A DNA stretch of 64,000 nucleotides from an uncultured Clostridium sp. (GTDB lineage: Bacteria; Bacillota; Clostridia; TANB77; CAG-508): NCBI GenBank assembly GCA_958413095.1, contig CATYUF010000002.1, positions 5,439-69,438 of the forward strand. Direction: 5' to 3'. The notes under the pieces were generated by a model. That model was not told the DNA's origin. It searched no databases and saw only the letters and a list, made by a program, of their open reading frames with translations. The position numbers were made by a program, and so were the translations under genes. Positions 30,530-40,557 of the stretch are shown here, piece after piece. Each line of letters begins with the position of its first letter. Position 1 is the first letter of the stretch.

Positions 30530-32104
30530 TTATTCCTTTTTCCAAACAGTCTCTCCACTTTTTATAGTTTCTAAAACTTTTACATTTCTAATTTCTTCTT
30601 TTTCAACTTTTAATGGATTTTTATCTACTATAATCAAATCTGCAAACTTCCCTTCTTTTATACTTCCTTTATAATCTTCTTCAAAATATTGATATGCAGA
30701 ATTGATTGTTACTGCTTTTATAGCATCTAGAACTGATATTTTTTCATCTTCTCCTAAAACTTTCCCTTCTTTTGTTTTTCTATTTACTGCACACCATATT
30801 GTTTCAAACATATTTGGTTCTATTACTGGTGCATCTTGGTGGAAGGTAAATTTTATATCATTTTGTATTGCACTACCTGCTGGGCTTATTTTACTTGCTC
30901 TTTCAAATCCAAAATTTTTTATATGAATATCTCCCCAATGGTATATATGTGCAATGAAAAATGAAGGAATTATTCCATTTTCTTTTACTTCTTTTAATTG
31001 GTCTGTTCCTAATAACTGTCCATGTATTAATACTGGTCTGATTTCTTCTATATTTTTATTTGTTGAGTTTATTGCATTAATATATTGTTCAGCCGCTTTA
31101 TCTCCATTGCAGTGAGCTAATATTTGTAATTTTTCTTCATATGCACTTTCTACATCTTTTTTTACATCTTCATCATTCATAGTTCCATAACCATAATATT
31201 CTTTGTCATCTATATATGGTGTTCTCATCCAAGCTGTTCTACTTTGTGGTGAACCATCTAAAAATATTTTTATTCCACCTATTTTAAAATGATTTTTATA
31301 TTTTTTTATGTTTTCTTTAAAGTTTTCTTTTATTTCCTCTTCTGCCTTTTTGTCCATATATGCTATTACATCTAGATATAATTTTTTATCTTCTACCAGT
31401 TTTTTGTATATTGGCATTAATTCTTTTACCATCATACCTTCTTGAAGTGTTGTTATTCCATATGATGCATATTTCTTTTGTGCTCTTTCACACAATGCTT
31501 CTAAATCTTCTAGATTTGCCATTGGGATTTTCTTTACTACTTCAATAAAAGCATTTTCTTCTAAATATCCTGTTAGTTCATCATTTACTTTTTCTATTTT
31601 TCCTCCAGAAGGTTCTATAGTTTCTTTGGTTATATTTAACCATTCTAAACCTTTTGAATTCAAAACTCCATTATGTCCTGATTTGTGATGAATTACTATT
31701 GGATTATTAGGAATTATTTCATCTAATTCTTTTTTGGTTATATGTCTTTTTTCTGCTAACATATTATGGTCATACCCACAAGCTATAATCCATTTTCCAT
31801 CTTGTACTTGATTTTCTTTTTTGTATTTTAATAATTCTTCTTGTATTTCTTTAACACTTTTACATTTTTCTAATGATACTTGTAACAAACTATTTGCTAC
31901 TGCAAAAAAGTGACTATGTGGGTCTATAAATGCTGGCATCATTGTTTTTCCTTCTAAATCAATTATTTTTGTTTCTTCATCTTTTAACTTTAAAATTTCA
32001 TCTTTTGTTCCTGTTTTTCTTATCTTCCCGTTTTCTACCAATATAGCTTCTATATCATTATTTTCTAAAGTTATAAATTCTCCATTCATATAAATTTTAT
32101 TCAT
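30530..32104 (-). CDS. Amidohydrolase family protein (amidohydrolase-3 / YtcJ-like)
   Basis: FIDPHSHF metal-binding motif and a C-terminal ...GSI..GK.ADL.I.D.NPL motif. The start is uncertain (track start 32152; ATG at 32104 preferred). Confidence 0.82.
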   Translation of the reverse strand: MNKIYMNGEFITLENNDIEAILVENGKIRKTGTKDEILKLKDEETKIIDLEGKTMMPAFIDPHSHFFAVANSLLQVSLEKCKSVKEIQEELLKYKKENQVQDGKWIIACGYDHNMLAEKRHITKKELDEIIPNNPIVIHHKSGHNGVLNSKGLEWLNITKETIEPSGGKIEKVNDELTGYLEENAFIEVVKKIPMANLEDLEALCERAQKKYASYGITTLQEGMMVKELMPIYKKLVEDKKLYLDVIAYMDKKAEEEIKENFKENIKKYKNHFKIGGIKIFLDGSPQSRTAWMRTPYIDDKEYYGYGTMNDEDVKKDVESAYEEKLQILAHCNGDKAAEQYINAINSTNKNIEEIRPVLIHGQLLGTDQLKEVKENGIIPSFFIAHIYHWGDIHIKNFGFERASKISPAGSAIQNDIKFTFHQDAPVIEPNMFETIWCAVNRKTKEGKVLGEDEKISVLDAIKAVTINSAYQYFEEDYKGSIKEGKFADLIIVDKNPLKVEKEEIRNVKVLETIKSGETVWKKE

Positions 32105-32204
32105 ATAATCACATTCTTTCTTTTTAGATATTTTATAAAATTTATATATCAAAATATAAATTTTATAAAAACTTTGTTAATCTTTCTCATTGTTAAATAT
32201 ATCT

Positions 32205-32756
32205 CTACATTTCTTCTACTTTTATTCCCAAAAGTGTATACCATATATTTCCCCAAGCATTTTTCATCATTTTTTCATATTCTTTTTTGTTGTGCTTTTT
32301 TCCATATGTTAATATTTCATAATATCTTCTTCCCTCTTTATTTTTAAATCCTGTTTCTATAAATCCATTTCTTTCATAAAACTTTTTTCTTTTTACTCTC
32401 TGCTCATAATTATCAGCATTTGAATCAATTTCCTCTATACATAAAACAACACTTTCTTGATTGCTTTCTTCTTTTATTTTATCTAATACTATACTACCAT
32501 AACCTTTTCCTCTATTATCAGAATCTATTGCTAGGTAAAGAACATAAGTTATATTTTCATTATTAATTAAATATGTTAACCCTACAAATTTTTCTTCATC
32601 ATAAATACTATAGAAAAATTCATTTTCACTTTTAGACCTAATTTTCAATAACCATAATGGCAATATTTCATCTCTTGGAAATGCTTTTTTATATAGCTCT
32701 TTTAATTTACTGTATTCACTTTTTTCTTTAGGTATTTCTCTAAAACTTATTTTCAT
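32205..32756 (-). CDS. GNAT family N-acetyltransferase
   Basis: 183 aa. Acetyl-CoA binding motif ...LAIDSDNRGKGYGS. Confidence 0.85.
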   Translation of the reverse strand: MKISFREIPKEKSEYSKLKELYKKAFPRDEILPLWLLKIRSKSENEFFYSIYDEEKFVGLTYLINNENITYVLYLAIDSDNRGKGYGSIVLDKIKEESNQESVVLCIEEIDSNADNYEQRVKRKKFYERNGFIETGFKNKEGRRYYEILTYGKKHNKKEYEKMMKNAWGNIWYTLLGIKVEEM

Positions 32757-32888
32757 ATTATCTTCCCTTCTTTATTTATTTTTTAAAATCAGCATTTTTC
32801 CGTATACAACAAGTAAAAGTGACCTTTAAAAAGACCCTCGATAGCCTTTCTAATGTAGTTTCGCTACTTTTCTTATTATCTTTTACAA

Positions 32889-33386
32889 TTATTTAAAATT
32901 TATTTCCTTTATGTCATCTTTTATTAAATAATGCATTTCTTCATGTATATCAATGTCATTTACAATTTTCTCTACTGCTAATTTTATATATTTCACTTCT
33001 GCTTCTGCTAACACTTGTCCTGATTTATCTAATATTTCTGTTTTAACTTTTAAAAATCTAGAATTTTCCTTTTCTACTTGTCCTCTTCCTATTAAATCTG
33101 TATCATATGGTACTGGTTTTCTATATTTTACTTCCATGGATGTTGTAACTCCAAATATTTCTTCACTTTCTGTCCAACAAGCTCTTAACCCTAATTCATC
33201 AAGCATTGCTGCTATTATTCCCCCATGAACTCTTTGAGGAAAACTTTGATGCTCTTTTTTATATCGAAACGATGTCATTACACTTCCATCTTCCATATTA
33301 TAAAATTGTGCTTTTAGTCCTATTGGATTATCCATTCCACATATAATGCACATTTTACTGTTTCTTTGTTTACTTACTACTTTCAT
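32889..33386 (-). CDS. PaaI-family hotdog-fold thioesterase
   Basis: 165 aa. N-terminal CIICG zinc-ribbon-like motif and the HGGIIAAMLDE motif. Confidence 0.78.
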   Translation of the reverse strand: MKVVSKQRNSKMCIICGMDNPIGLKAQFYNMEDGSVMTSFRYKKEHQSFPQRVHGGIIAAMLDELGLRACWTESEEIFGVTTSMEVKYRKPVPYDTDLIGRGQVEKENSRFLKVKTEILDKSGQVLAEAEVKYIKLAVEKIVNDIDIHEEMHYLIKDDIKEINFK

Positions 33387-33528
33387 TCTACTCTATCCTT
33401 TCCTTCCTAAATACAAATTATTTCCCCTATTCATTAAAACTTAATATAACACAAATATCAAAAATTCGCTACACATTTTCCATTTTTCTTTTTTCACATT
33501 ACTGTATACTATTTTTTATTGTAGAGTA

Positions 33529-33742
33529 GCTCAAAATGGTTATAATTATGATTTTTTGGAATTTTGATGTTCGACTGAAATGAAGATTAGAATTGGTTAG
33601 GCTTTCGAATGAGGAATGCTCACGGTACCTGAAGTATGAAGGGGTCTGAGTGAGAGAGGCTCATGAGGAAGCCTTACCAATTCTTTCTGAATGGAACAAG
33701 TAGTCAAAATTCAAAAAAATCATAATTATAACCATTTTGAGC
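33529..33742. repeat. 214-nt long imperfect palindrome (MITE-like element or structured RNA gene)
   Basis: 33529-33568 pairs with 33703-33742 (40 bp, 1 mismatch). An inner helix AGAATTGGTTAGGCTT / AAGCCTTACCAATTCT has 1 mismatch. The apex is richer in G+C, with internal loops between the helices. Confidence 0.7.
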
Positions 33743-33750
33743 GGCTAATT

Positions 33751-33798
33751 AAAAAACTGTTCGTTAATTATTATATCATCACTAATAATTAACGAACA
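33751..33798 (-). terminator. Intrinsic terminator of the yhgE/pip-like gene
   Basis: Perfect 16-bp stem, TGTTCGTTAATTATTA (33758-33773) with TAATAATTAACGAACA (33783-33798), followed on the minus strand by gtttttt. Confidence 0.75.
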
Positions 33799-33825
33799 AT
33801 TAAATCTCCTATAAAATTATACCAT

Positions 33826-35868
33826 TTATTTTACATTTTCATTTAGTATATTTTCATTTTTCTTATTTTTCTTATTTCTTATAAAGTCAAATAATACTGT
33901 TAACAGTGTAAATGCTACAAATATTCCAACTAATACTGTCATATTACTAACAATCATATCTACATTTATATTTATTAATGCTTCTTTTATCAATCTAATA
34001 GTATAATTCATTGGCATTACACTATAAATATTTTGGAAGAATTCAGGTACTGTTTCTATTGGGAATGTTCCTCCACTTGCTGCTAATTGTAAAACCAATA
34101 ATAATATACATAAGAATTTACCTACATCTCCAAAGTTTACAATTAAGAATTGAACTATACTTGTAAATGCCATTGAAATTAATATGCAAGTTCCATAATA
34201 TAACCACATATTTGTCACATCAAATCCTAAGCCTAATTTCAATAAGAATCCTAATACAATTCCTTGAATAGCTGCTATTCCAATATATAATGCTGTTCTT
34301 AAATATTTATTTTTAGCATTTTTTCCTAATAATTTATATCTATCTTCTGGGTCATTATATAACATTACTAACATGATTAATCCACCAACCCATAATGATA
34401 TAGACATAAAGTATGGTGCAAAACCTAATCCATAAGAATTTACTTGTGCATAATCTTTTTCTTCTATTTTTACTGGATTTGCTACATATTCATCTAAGCC
34501 TTCTAGGTTTGTTAGTTGTTCTTTTGTAGCTTCTATACCATTATCTATTTCTGTTTTAAAAGTATTTGTACCTGCTACTAATGTATTACTTCCATCAAGT
34601 GCTTGTTTTGAACCTTCATTTAATTGATTTATTCCTGCTGATACTTTTTTAGAGTTTATGCTTAATTCATTTAAGCCTGAAGTTAAAGCATGACTTCCTG
34701 TTTGTGCTTTACTTAATCCTTGTTTTAATTCTAACATTCCTGTATTTAAAGTTTTAGCACCTGCTTGTAAATCTTGTAATTTCTTAGCTTGACTAGCAAA
34801 TGTTTGTATTCCTGAATTTAAGTTACTTGCTCCTGTTTTTAATTCATTTCCTTTTGTTTTTAATGTATTTAACCCTTGCATATTTCCTGCTGAATTATTT
34901 ATATTTTGTAAATCCTTCATTATTTTTTGAAAATTTGGCTCTGCCATTACACTTGGATTTTTTGCTACATAACTTTGTATATCTGCACCTAATGTTTTTA
35001 CTTGTGATACAGTATTGTTAACTCCTGCTATTGCTGTATTTACTCCATTTACATATGCTGAAACTCCTGATGATAAATTACTTGCTCCTGTTGAAATTTG
35101 ATTTATCCCTGAAGTTACTGCTGATAAATTCTTAGTTGCATTTTCAAGTTGTATAGTTCCTTGATATAGTTGTTCTGCTCCACTATTTAATTGATTAAGT
35201 CCATTATTCAATTCTTTACTTCCATTATATGCTGTGTCTACACCAGTATCAAATTTATTATAATTTGTTTGTAATTCATTTGTACCTGAATTTAATGTTT
35301 GCAATCCTGTTGATAGTTGATTAGCTCCATCTTTTATTTGTGTTGCTCCATCTGATATATCTTGCATTTTTTCTGGTACTTCATTTAACTTGTTTGATAA
35401 TGTTTCTACAACTTTTTTACTTACTTCACTTCTTAATTCAGTTTCAACTGTTGTTACTACTTTCGCAATTATTTGTGATGCTAAGTAATTGCTTTTTTGG
35501 TTTGGTGAATATGTTATTGTAGTTGTTTTTCTGTCTTTATTCTCTGCTGAATTTAAATCTTGTGTAAAGTTTTCTGGAATAGTTATTGTCGCATAGTATT
35601 CTTCATTTATCAAACCATCTTCTGCTTTTTTGCTGTCATTTAATACTTCTACGCTCATTACATCTTTTTCTTTTAATTCCTCTACTAGATTATTTCCTAA
35701 ATTTTCATTATTACTTCCTTTATCTAAATTTACAATTGCTATTTTCATTCCATGTAAATTTCCATATGGGTCCCAAAATGCTTTTAAATAAAAAAAGCTA
35801 TACATTACTGGTATTACAATAATTGCTACTATTATAATCCATTTCATTATTTTCTTTTTCTTATCCAT
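33826..35868 (-). CDS. YhgE/Pip domain-containing membrane protein
   Basis: 680 aa. N-terminal TM, a long Asn/Gln/Thr-rich coiled repeat region (repeated ...L..G...L..G...) and a C-terminal ABC-2-like 5-TM domain. Confidence 0.85.
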   Translation of the reverse strand: MDKKKKIMKWIIIVAIIVIPVMYSFFYLKAFWDPYGNLHGMKIAIVNLDKGSNNENLGNNLVEELKEKDVMSVEVLNDSKKAEDGLINEEYYATITIPENFTQDLNSAENKDRKTTTITYSPNQKSNYLASQIIAKVVTTVETELRSEVSKKVVETLSNKLNEVPEKMQDISDGATQIKDGANQLSTGLQTLNSGTNELQTNYNKFDTGVDTAYNGSKELNNGLNQLNSGAEQLYQGTIQLENATKNLSAVTSGINQISTGASNLSSGVSAYVNGVNTAIAGVNNTVSQVKTLGADIQSYVAKNPSVMAEPNFQKIMKDLQNINNSAGNMQGLNTLKTKGNELKTGASNLNSGIQTFASQAKKLQDLQAGAKTLNTGMLELKQGLSKAQTGSHALTSGLNELSINSKKVSAGINQLNEGSKQALDGSNTLVAGTNTFKTEIDNGIEATKEQLTNLEGLDEYVANPVKIEEKDYAQVNSYGLGFAPYFMSISLWVGGLIMLVMLYNDPEDRYKLLGKNAKNKYLRTALYIGIAAIQGIVLGFLLKLGLGFDVTNMWLYYGTCILISMAFTSIVQFLIVNFGDVGKFLCILLLVLQLAASGGTFPIETVPEFFQNIYSVMPMNYTIRLIKEALININVDMIVSNMTVLVGIFVAFTLLTVLFDFIRNKKNKKNENILNENVK

Positions 35869-35978
35869 TTCTACTTCCTCCTATAAAATTTTTACCATTT
35901 TCTATTATAGATTTTTTCTTTCTTTTTGCAACAACAGACCATATACTTGTGATGTTTATTATACATTTTTTATTTTTT

Positions 35979-36017
35979 GTATATACATTTGTTTATTATC
36001 TTTACTTTTGTATACAA
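35979..36017. promoter_or_regulatory. Two TGTATA(TA)CA palindromes in the yhgE/tetR divergent region (candidate TetR operators)
   Basis: TGTATATACA at 35979-35988 and TTGTATACAA at 36008-36017. Confidence 0.35.
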
Positions 36018-36068
36018 TCTGATTTATAATTTATATAGATTACAATTTTATAGTAAGGATGATGTAGT

Positions 36069-36632
36069 TTGAAAGATTTAAGAGTAAAAAAAACATATCT
36101 ATTTTTAAAAAAAGCATTAATTGAACTTCTATCTAAAAAATCATTTGAGGAAATAAGAGTAAATGATATTTGCAATTTAGCAATGGTTCATAGAACAACT
36201 TTTTATAGCCATTTTTCAGATAAATATGAATTACTTGATTTTTGTATTAAAGATATTGAACAAGAGTTATGGGAAAAAATTTCTCATAATACATATTCAA
36301 ACAATAAAGATTTTTATACAAAAATGATAATGAGTATGCTCGAATATATTGGAGAAAACAAAGTATTTTTCAAAAACATTCTAAAAAAGAATTCTGATAG
36401 TGGAATTATAAATATATTTACAAATGCTTGTATTTCATATATATATGAAATGTTAAATAAGGAAGAAATAAATGGAATTTCACATGATGTGCCTATCGAA
36501 GTTATATCTCAATTTTATGCAGGAGCTGTAATTTCAACTATTATTTGGTGGTTAAAATCTGATAATTCTTTGTCTGAAACTCAGCTTTGTAATTATATTA
36601 TTTCTTTGATTTTTGATATTCCTCATAAATAA
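36069..36632 (+). CDS. TetR/AcrR family transcriptional regulator (TTG start)
   Basis: 187 aa. N-terminal HTH ...FEEIRVNDICNLAMVHRTTFYSHF. Divergent from yhgE. Confidence 0.85.
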   Translation: MKDLRVKKTYLFLKKALIELLSKKSFEEIRVNDICNLAMVHRTTFYSHFSDKYELLDFCIKDIEQELWEKISHNTYSNNKDFYTKMIMSMLEYIGENKVFFKNILKKNSDSGIINIFTNACISYIYEMLNKEEINGISHDVPIEVISQFYAGAVISTIIWWLKSDNSLSETQLCNYIISLIFDIPHK

Positions 36633-36742
36633 AATTATATTTAAACATTTGATAATTATTTTTAAAAATTGCTCCCACTTTCTTAGTAAGTGAGAGCAAT
36701 TTTTAAATATTAACTTATTTGATTTTGTAACAAATATCTATC

Positions 36743-37435
36743 TTACTTGCCTAAAATCTTATCTTTCTCTTCCTCTGTCAAATAACCATACTTAACCATT
36801 TTTTCAGCAACTTGTTTTTGTCTTTGTTTAGCCAATTCTGGATTTTGTGTCGGCGCATATACTGAAGGTGCATTTGGTATTCCTGCTAACATAATACATT
36901 CACTATCACTTAAATTAGTAATTGCTCTTCCAAAATAACCTTTTGCTGCATCTTTTATATTATAATATCCATTTCCAAAATAAATAGTATTTATATACAA
37001 TTCTAAAATTTCATTTTTAGTATATTGTTTTTCTAATTCAAAAGCAACAAATACTTCTGCTACTTTTCTAGTAATTTTCTTTTCTTGAGTAAAATATTCA
37101 TTTTTAGCAATTTGTTGTGTTATGGTACTTCCTCCTTCAACAAAACTCATTGCTTTTATATCATTTATAATAGCTCGTCCTATTGCAATTACATCAATTC
37201 CATTATGTTCATAAAATCTGTGGTCTTCTACTGATATTACTGCATTTATATATATTTGTGGCAATTCTGAAAGTTTTGTATAATTTTCCTTTTGTCTTAT
37301 TTCTTCTACTTTTTCTTGTATAGGCATTTCTTGAATTGCCTCTTTATACATATTATATCCATTTCCTATTATCAACAATCCTAAGCTAGTTAATAGTAAT
37401 ATTAGTATTATTAAAAACTTAAAAATTTTTTTCAT
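36743..37435 (-). CDS. Monofunctional peptidoglycan glycosyltransferase (GT51)
   Basis: Motifs SVEDHRFYEHNGID, GGSTITQQIAKN and RKV.E...A..LE. Start at the ATG at 37435 after gaggtgg. Confidence 0.85.
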   Translation of the reverse strand: MKKIFKFLIILILLLTSLGLLIIGNGYNMYKEAIQEMPIQEKVEEIRQKENYTKLSELPQIYINAVISVEDHRFYEHNGIDVIAIGRAIINDIKAMSFVEGGSTITQQIAKNEYFTQEKKITRKVAEVFVAFELEKQYTKNEILELYINTIYFGNGYYNIKDAAKGYFGRAITNLSDSECIMLAGIPNAPSVYAPTQNPELAKQRQKQVAEKMVKYGYLTEEEKDKILGK

Positions 37436-37521
37436 ATATTGCCACCTCATTTCTACAAATTATTTTTCGACTTATTTTACTTTTATTTCTATATTTCTGA
37501 AAAACTATTTTCTTTTAATGA

Positions 37522-39615
37522 TTAATCTTCCTCTCTTATTATATTTTTACTTTCTAAATATGTTGCTAAGAAGTATAAACCATATATTCCTCCAATAACT
37601 ATTACAGATACTATAATTGATGGTAATAAATCTTCTGAACTACATAATCCAGCCATCATTGACATTGCAAATTGAATTCCAAAAATTGAATGTACTACTG
37701 CTAAAATCAATGGTAATATGAAAAATATTCCTATTTGTCTAAATAATGCTCTATTAATCATTTTTTCATCTGCACCAATTCTTCTTAAAATTCTATATCT
37801 TTGCTTATTATCTGAACTTTCTGTTAATTGTTTTAATGCTAATATTGCTGAACTTGCTATTAAGAATATTATTCCTAAATATATTGCTATAAATGTAATA
37901 ATTGTTGCTATTCCTACACTTGATGATATTACAACAATCTTTGTTAATCCATCAACTTGAACTCCATTTTCTAACATTTTTTTAGCAACTTCTGAATCTC
38001 TTTCTGCCAACATTTCATCTATTTTTTCTTTTTCATCTTCTGAATCTGTATTATAGTTTGCAGCTAAAAGTGATTGTTCTTTCATATCTTCTGTTAAGTT
38101 ACAACTATCTGGTACTAAAACAATCCCTCCATTTGTATGACTCGTTGATATCATAATAAATCCTTCTTTGCATTCATCATATTTTGGTTTATATTTCTTA
38201 CCACTAACTGTTATTTCAGTATTATCTCTTAGACTAGAATCTCTTAAAACTTTTAATGAGTCAAAATCACATAGTACCATATATTCATCATCCTTTAAGG
38301 AATATTCTTCTTGCCCATATAGCCTTGCAATTTTATTATAATCTGATATCTTTACAATTGTTTCAGGCAAGTCAAATCCTATCATCATTGAATACTCATT
38401 TTTTATTCTTTCATACTGTTTTCCAAAACTATCTTTTAGTGTTAATTCATTTGTTGCATAAATTGGTATTTCCACTATATCTTTTAATAAATTCATATCA
38501 AATCCGGCTTTACTTAATGATTCTTCCATTGTAATTCTTGATTCGTCTATTTCTTGTTGTGTATATTTCTTTGTATCTCCTTTTGATGTAGTATAATTTT
38601 CCGGAAGATTTACAGTTTTATATAAATTCAAATCTACTGGAGTCATTTCTTTTAAATCCTTTTGCATTGTATTTCTTAATGAAAATGCAGAAGATAAAAT
38701 ACTTATAGTCATAAATAACATTAAACAAATCAAACTTATACTTATTACTGTTGTATTTATTTTATTATTTAATTGTCTTAATACAAACATATTTGCATCT
38801 TTATAATACACCTTTTTCCTTGTTTGCACAACTTTTAATATAAATCCTGATAAAGACCAGAAAAATAATATAGTTGCAACAATGCCACTTAAAATAATTG
38901 GTACCAATTTGTCTACTGTTGAAAGTGTCTTTACTCCACCTGTAACTTTATAATAATCATAAGCTAATATTCCTATTGAAATTAAGAATACTATAATACA
39001 AATTATTGGATTCTTTATTTTTACTGTTTCATTTTTCTTATTTGCTGTAAGTAAATTTATTAATTTATATTTTGAAATTGTAATTGTATTAAATATAATT
39101 ACTACTAAATACATAATTGCAAAATATATACAAGTTTTTATACAAGCTGTTTTTGAAAATACAAATGTAAATTCACTCATATCTGCTTCAAATAATTTTG
39201 CCACTAAAATAGACATAAATTGTGCGCCTAAGACACCTACTAATATTCCTACTGCAAGTGAAATAATTCCTATAAATATTGTCTCTAATAATATTATTCT
39301 AGAAATTTGTTTTTTTCCCATTCCTAAGGTCATATATATACCAAATTCTTTTTTTCTTCGATTTACTATAAAATTATTTGCATAAACAATTAATAATGCT
39401 AAAATAACTGCAACAAATACAGATACCAATCCCAACATATTAATCATTAATGTTATAATATCTTTTGTTGATTGTGATACTTGTAACATTGCTTGTTGAC
39501 TATCTAATGAGTTAAACATGTAGAAAATTGCTATTCCTAAAACTAAAGTTAAGAAATATATTGCATAATCTTTAAAACTCTTTTTAATATTCTTTAAAGA
39601 TAACTTAAATAACAT
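37522..39615 (-). CDS. BceB-type ABC permease, module 2
   Basis: 697 aa, colinear with 23313..25325 (MLFKLSLKNIKKSFKDYAIYFLTL..., same topology). Confidence 0.85.
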   Translation of the reverse strand: MLFKLSLKNIKKSFKDYAIYFLTLVLGIAIFYMFNSLDSQQAMLQVSQSTKDIITLMINMLGLVSVFVAVILALLIVYANNFIVNRRKKEFGIYMTLGMGKKQISRIILLETIFIGIISLAVGILVGVLGAQFMSILVAKLFEADMSEFTFVFSKTACIKTCIYFAIMYLVVIIFNTITISKYKLINLLTANKKNETVKIKNPIICIIVFLISIGILAYDYYKVTGGVKTLSTVDKLVPIILSGIVATILFFWSLSGFILKVVQTRKKVYYKDANMFVLRQLNNKINTTVISISLICLMLFMTISILSSAFSLRNTMQKDLKEMTPVDLNLYKTVNLPENYTTSKGDTKKYTQQEIDESRITMEESLSKAGFDMNLLKDIVEIPIYATNELTLKDSFGKQYERIKNEYSMMIGFDLPETIVKISDYNKIARLYGQEEYSLKDDEYMVLCDFDSLKVLRDSSLRDNTEITVSGKKYKPKYDECKEGFIMISTSHTNGGIVLVPDSCNLTEDMKEQSLLAANYNTDSEDEKEKIDEMLAERDSEVAKKMLENGVQVDGLTKIVVISSSVGIATIITFIAIYLGIIFLIASSAILALKQLTESSDNKQRYRILRRIGADEKMINRALFRQIGIFFILPLILAVVHSIFGIQFAMSMMAGLCSSEDLLPSIIVSVIVIGGIYGLYFLATYLESKNIIREED

Positions 39616-40372
39616 CGCCTAGTTCACCTCCTAATAGAGTTTGAACTTCTATTATTTTCTCAAAGAATTGTTTTCTTGTATCTTCTCCTTTTACCAATTC
39701 ATTAAAGATTTTTCCATCTTTTATAAATAATATTCTATTTGCATAGCTAGCAGTAAACGAATCATGTGTTACCATTAATATAGTTGCATTAAAATCATTA
39801 TTTAAAGCTTCTAAATTTTCTAGTAATTGTCTTGCTGACTTTGAATCTAATGCCCCAGTTGGCTCATCTGCTAATATCAAGTTTGGATTTGTTATTATAG
39901 CTCTTGCTGATGCAACTCTTTGTTTTTGTCCTCCTGAAATTTGATATGGGTATTTATTTAATATATCTGTTATTCCAAGTTGATTAGCAACTTTTTCAAC
40001 TCTTTTATCTATCTCCTTAGCATTTACTTTTTGTATAGTTAAGGCTAAAGCTATATTCTCACGAGCTGTTAGTGTATCTAAAAGGTTAAAATCTTGAAAT
40101 ATAAATCCCAATTCTTCTCTTCTAAATTTGTTTAGCTTATTTCCTTTTAGCTTTGTAATATCTTGATTGTTTATTACAATTTTTCCTGAAGTTACTCTAT
40201 CTATTGTAGAAATACAATTTAATAATGTGGTTTTACCTGAGCCAGATGCTCCCATTATTCCTATAAATTCTCCTTCATTTACTGTGAAACTAATATTATC
40301 TATGGCTTTTGTTAGATTAGATTTGTTTCCATAGTATTTTTCTATATTTTTTACTTCTAATATATTGTTCAT
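39605..40372 (-). CDS. BceA-type ABC ATP-binding protein, module 2
   Basis: Walker A GASGSGKTT, SGGQKQRVASARA, ILADEPTGALD. Confidence 0.93.
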   Translation of the reverse strand: MNNILEVKNIEKYYGNKSNLTKAIDNISFTVNEGEFIGIMGASGSGKTTLLNCISTIDRVTSGKIVINNQDITKLKGNKLNKFRREELGFIFQDFNLLDTLTARENIALALTIQKVNAKEIDKRVEKVANQLGITDILNKYPYQISGGQKQRVASARAIITNPNLILADEPTGALDSKSARQLLENLEALNNDFNATILMVTHDSFTASYANRILFIKDGKIFNELVKGEDTRKQFFEKIIEVQTLLGGELGDVI

Positions 40373-40453
40373 TGAAAAACAACTCCTTTCGCATATTTAA
40401 GATTATCTTAATTATACGAAAGGAGTTTGTTTTATGCAATTCTTTTTGCTTAC

Positions 40454-40481
40454 ATTTAGCTTACAGTTTTGTAAGCTAAAT
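40454..40481. promoter_or_regulatory. Candidate BceR-type regulator binding site (ATTTAGC-TTACA-gttt-TGTAA-GCTAAAT)
   Basis: Perfect 12-bp-arm palindrome centred about 95 nt upstream of the module-2 bceA-like ATG. It has the same TTACA-N4-TGTAA core as at 26147..26168 but different flanks. Confidence 0.55.
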
Positions 40482-40484
40482 GAC

Positions 40485-40556
40485 TTTTGTCTCCGACCCT
40501 AAAATCACTAAAATCATAATGATTTTGGGGTCGTGATTTTGGGGTCGGAGACAAAA
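40485..40556. repeat. G+C-rich nested inverted/direct repeat element between the module-2 kinase and ABC genes
   Basis: TTTTGTCTCCGACCC (40485-40499) is inverted relative to GGGGTCGGAGACAAAA (40541-40556). There is a tandem GATTTTGGGGTCG at 40521-40533 and 40535-40547, and a central AAATCATAATGATTT palindrome. Confidence 0.6.
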
Positions 40557-40557
40557 A

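Noticed and set aside
40381-40427. A perfect 11-bp helix (AACTCCTTTCG / CGAAAGGAGTT) that would sequester the SD of the module-2 bceA-like gene.
   Set aside because: The best -10 hexamer (TATAAT) lies inside the loop. The upstream (anti-SD) arm is therefore probably not transcribed, and the pairing is likely irrelevant at the RNA level.
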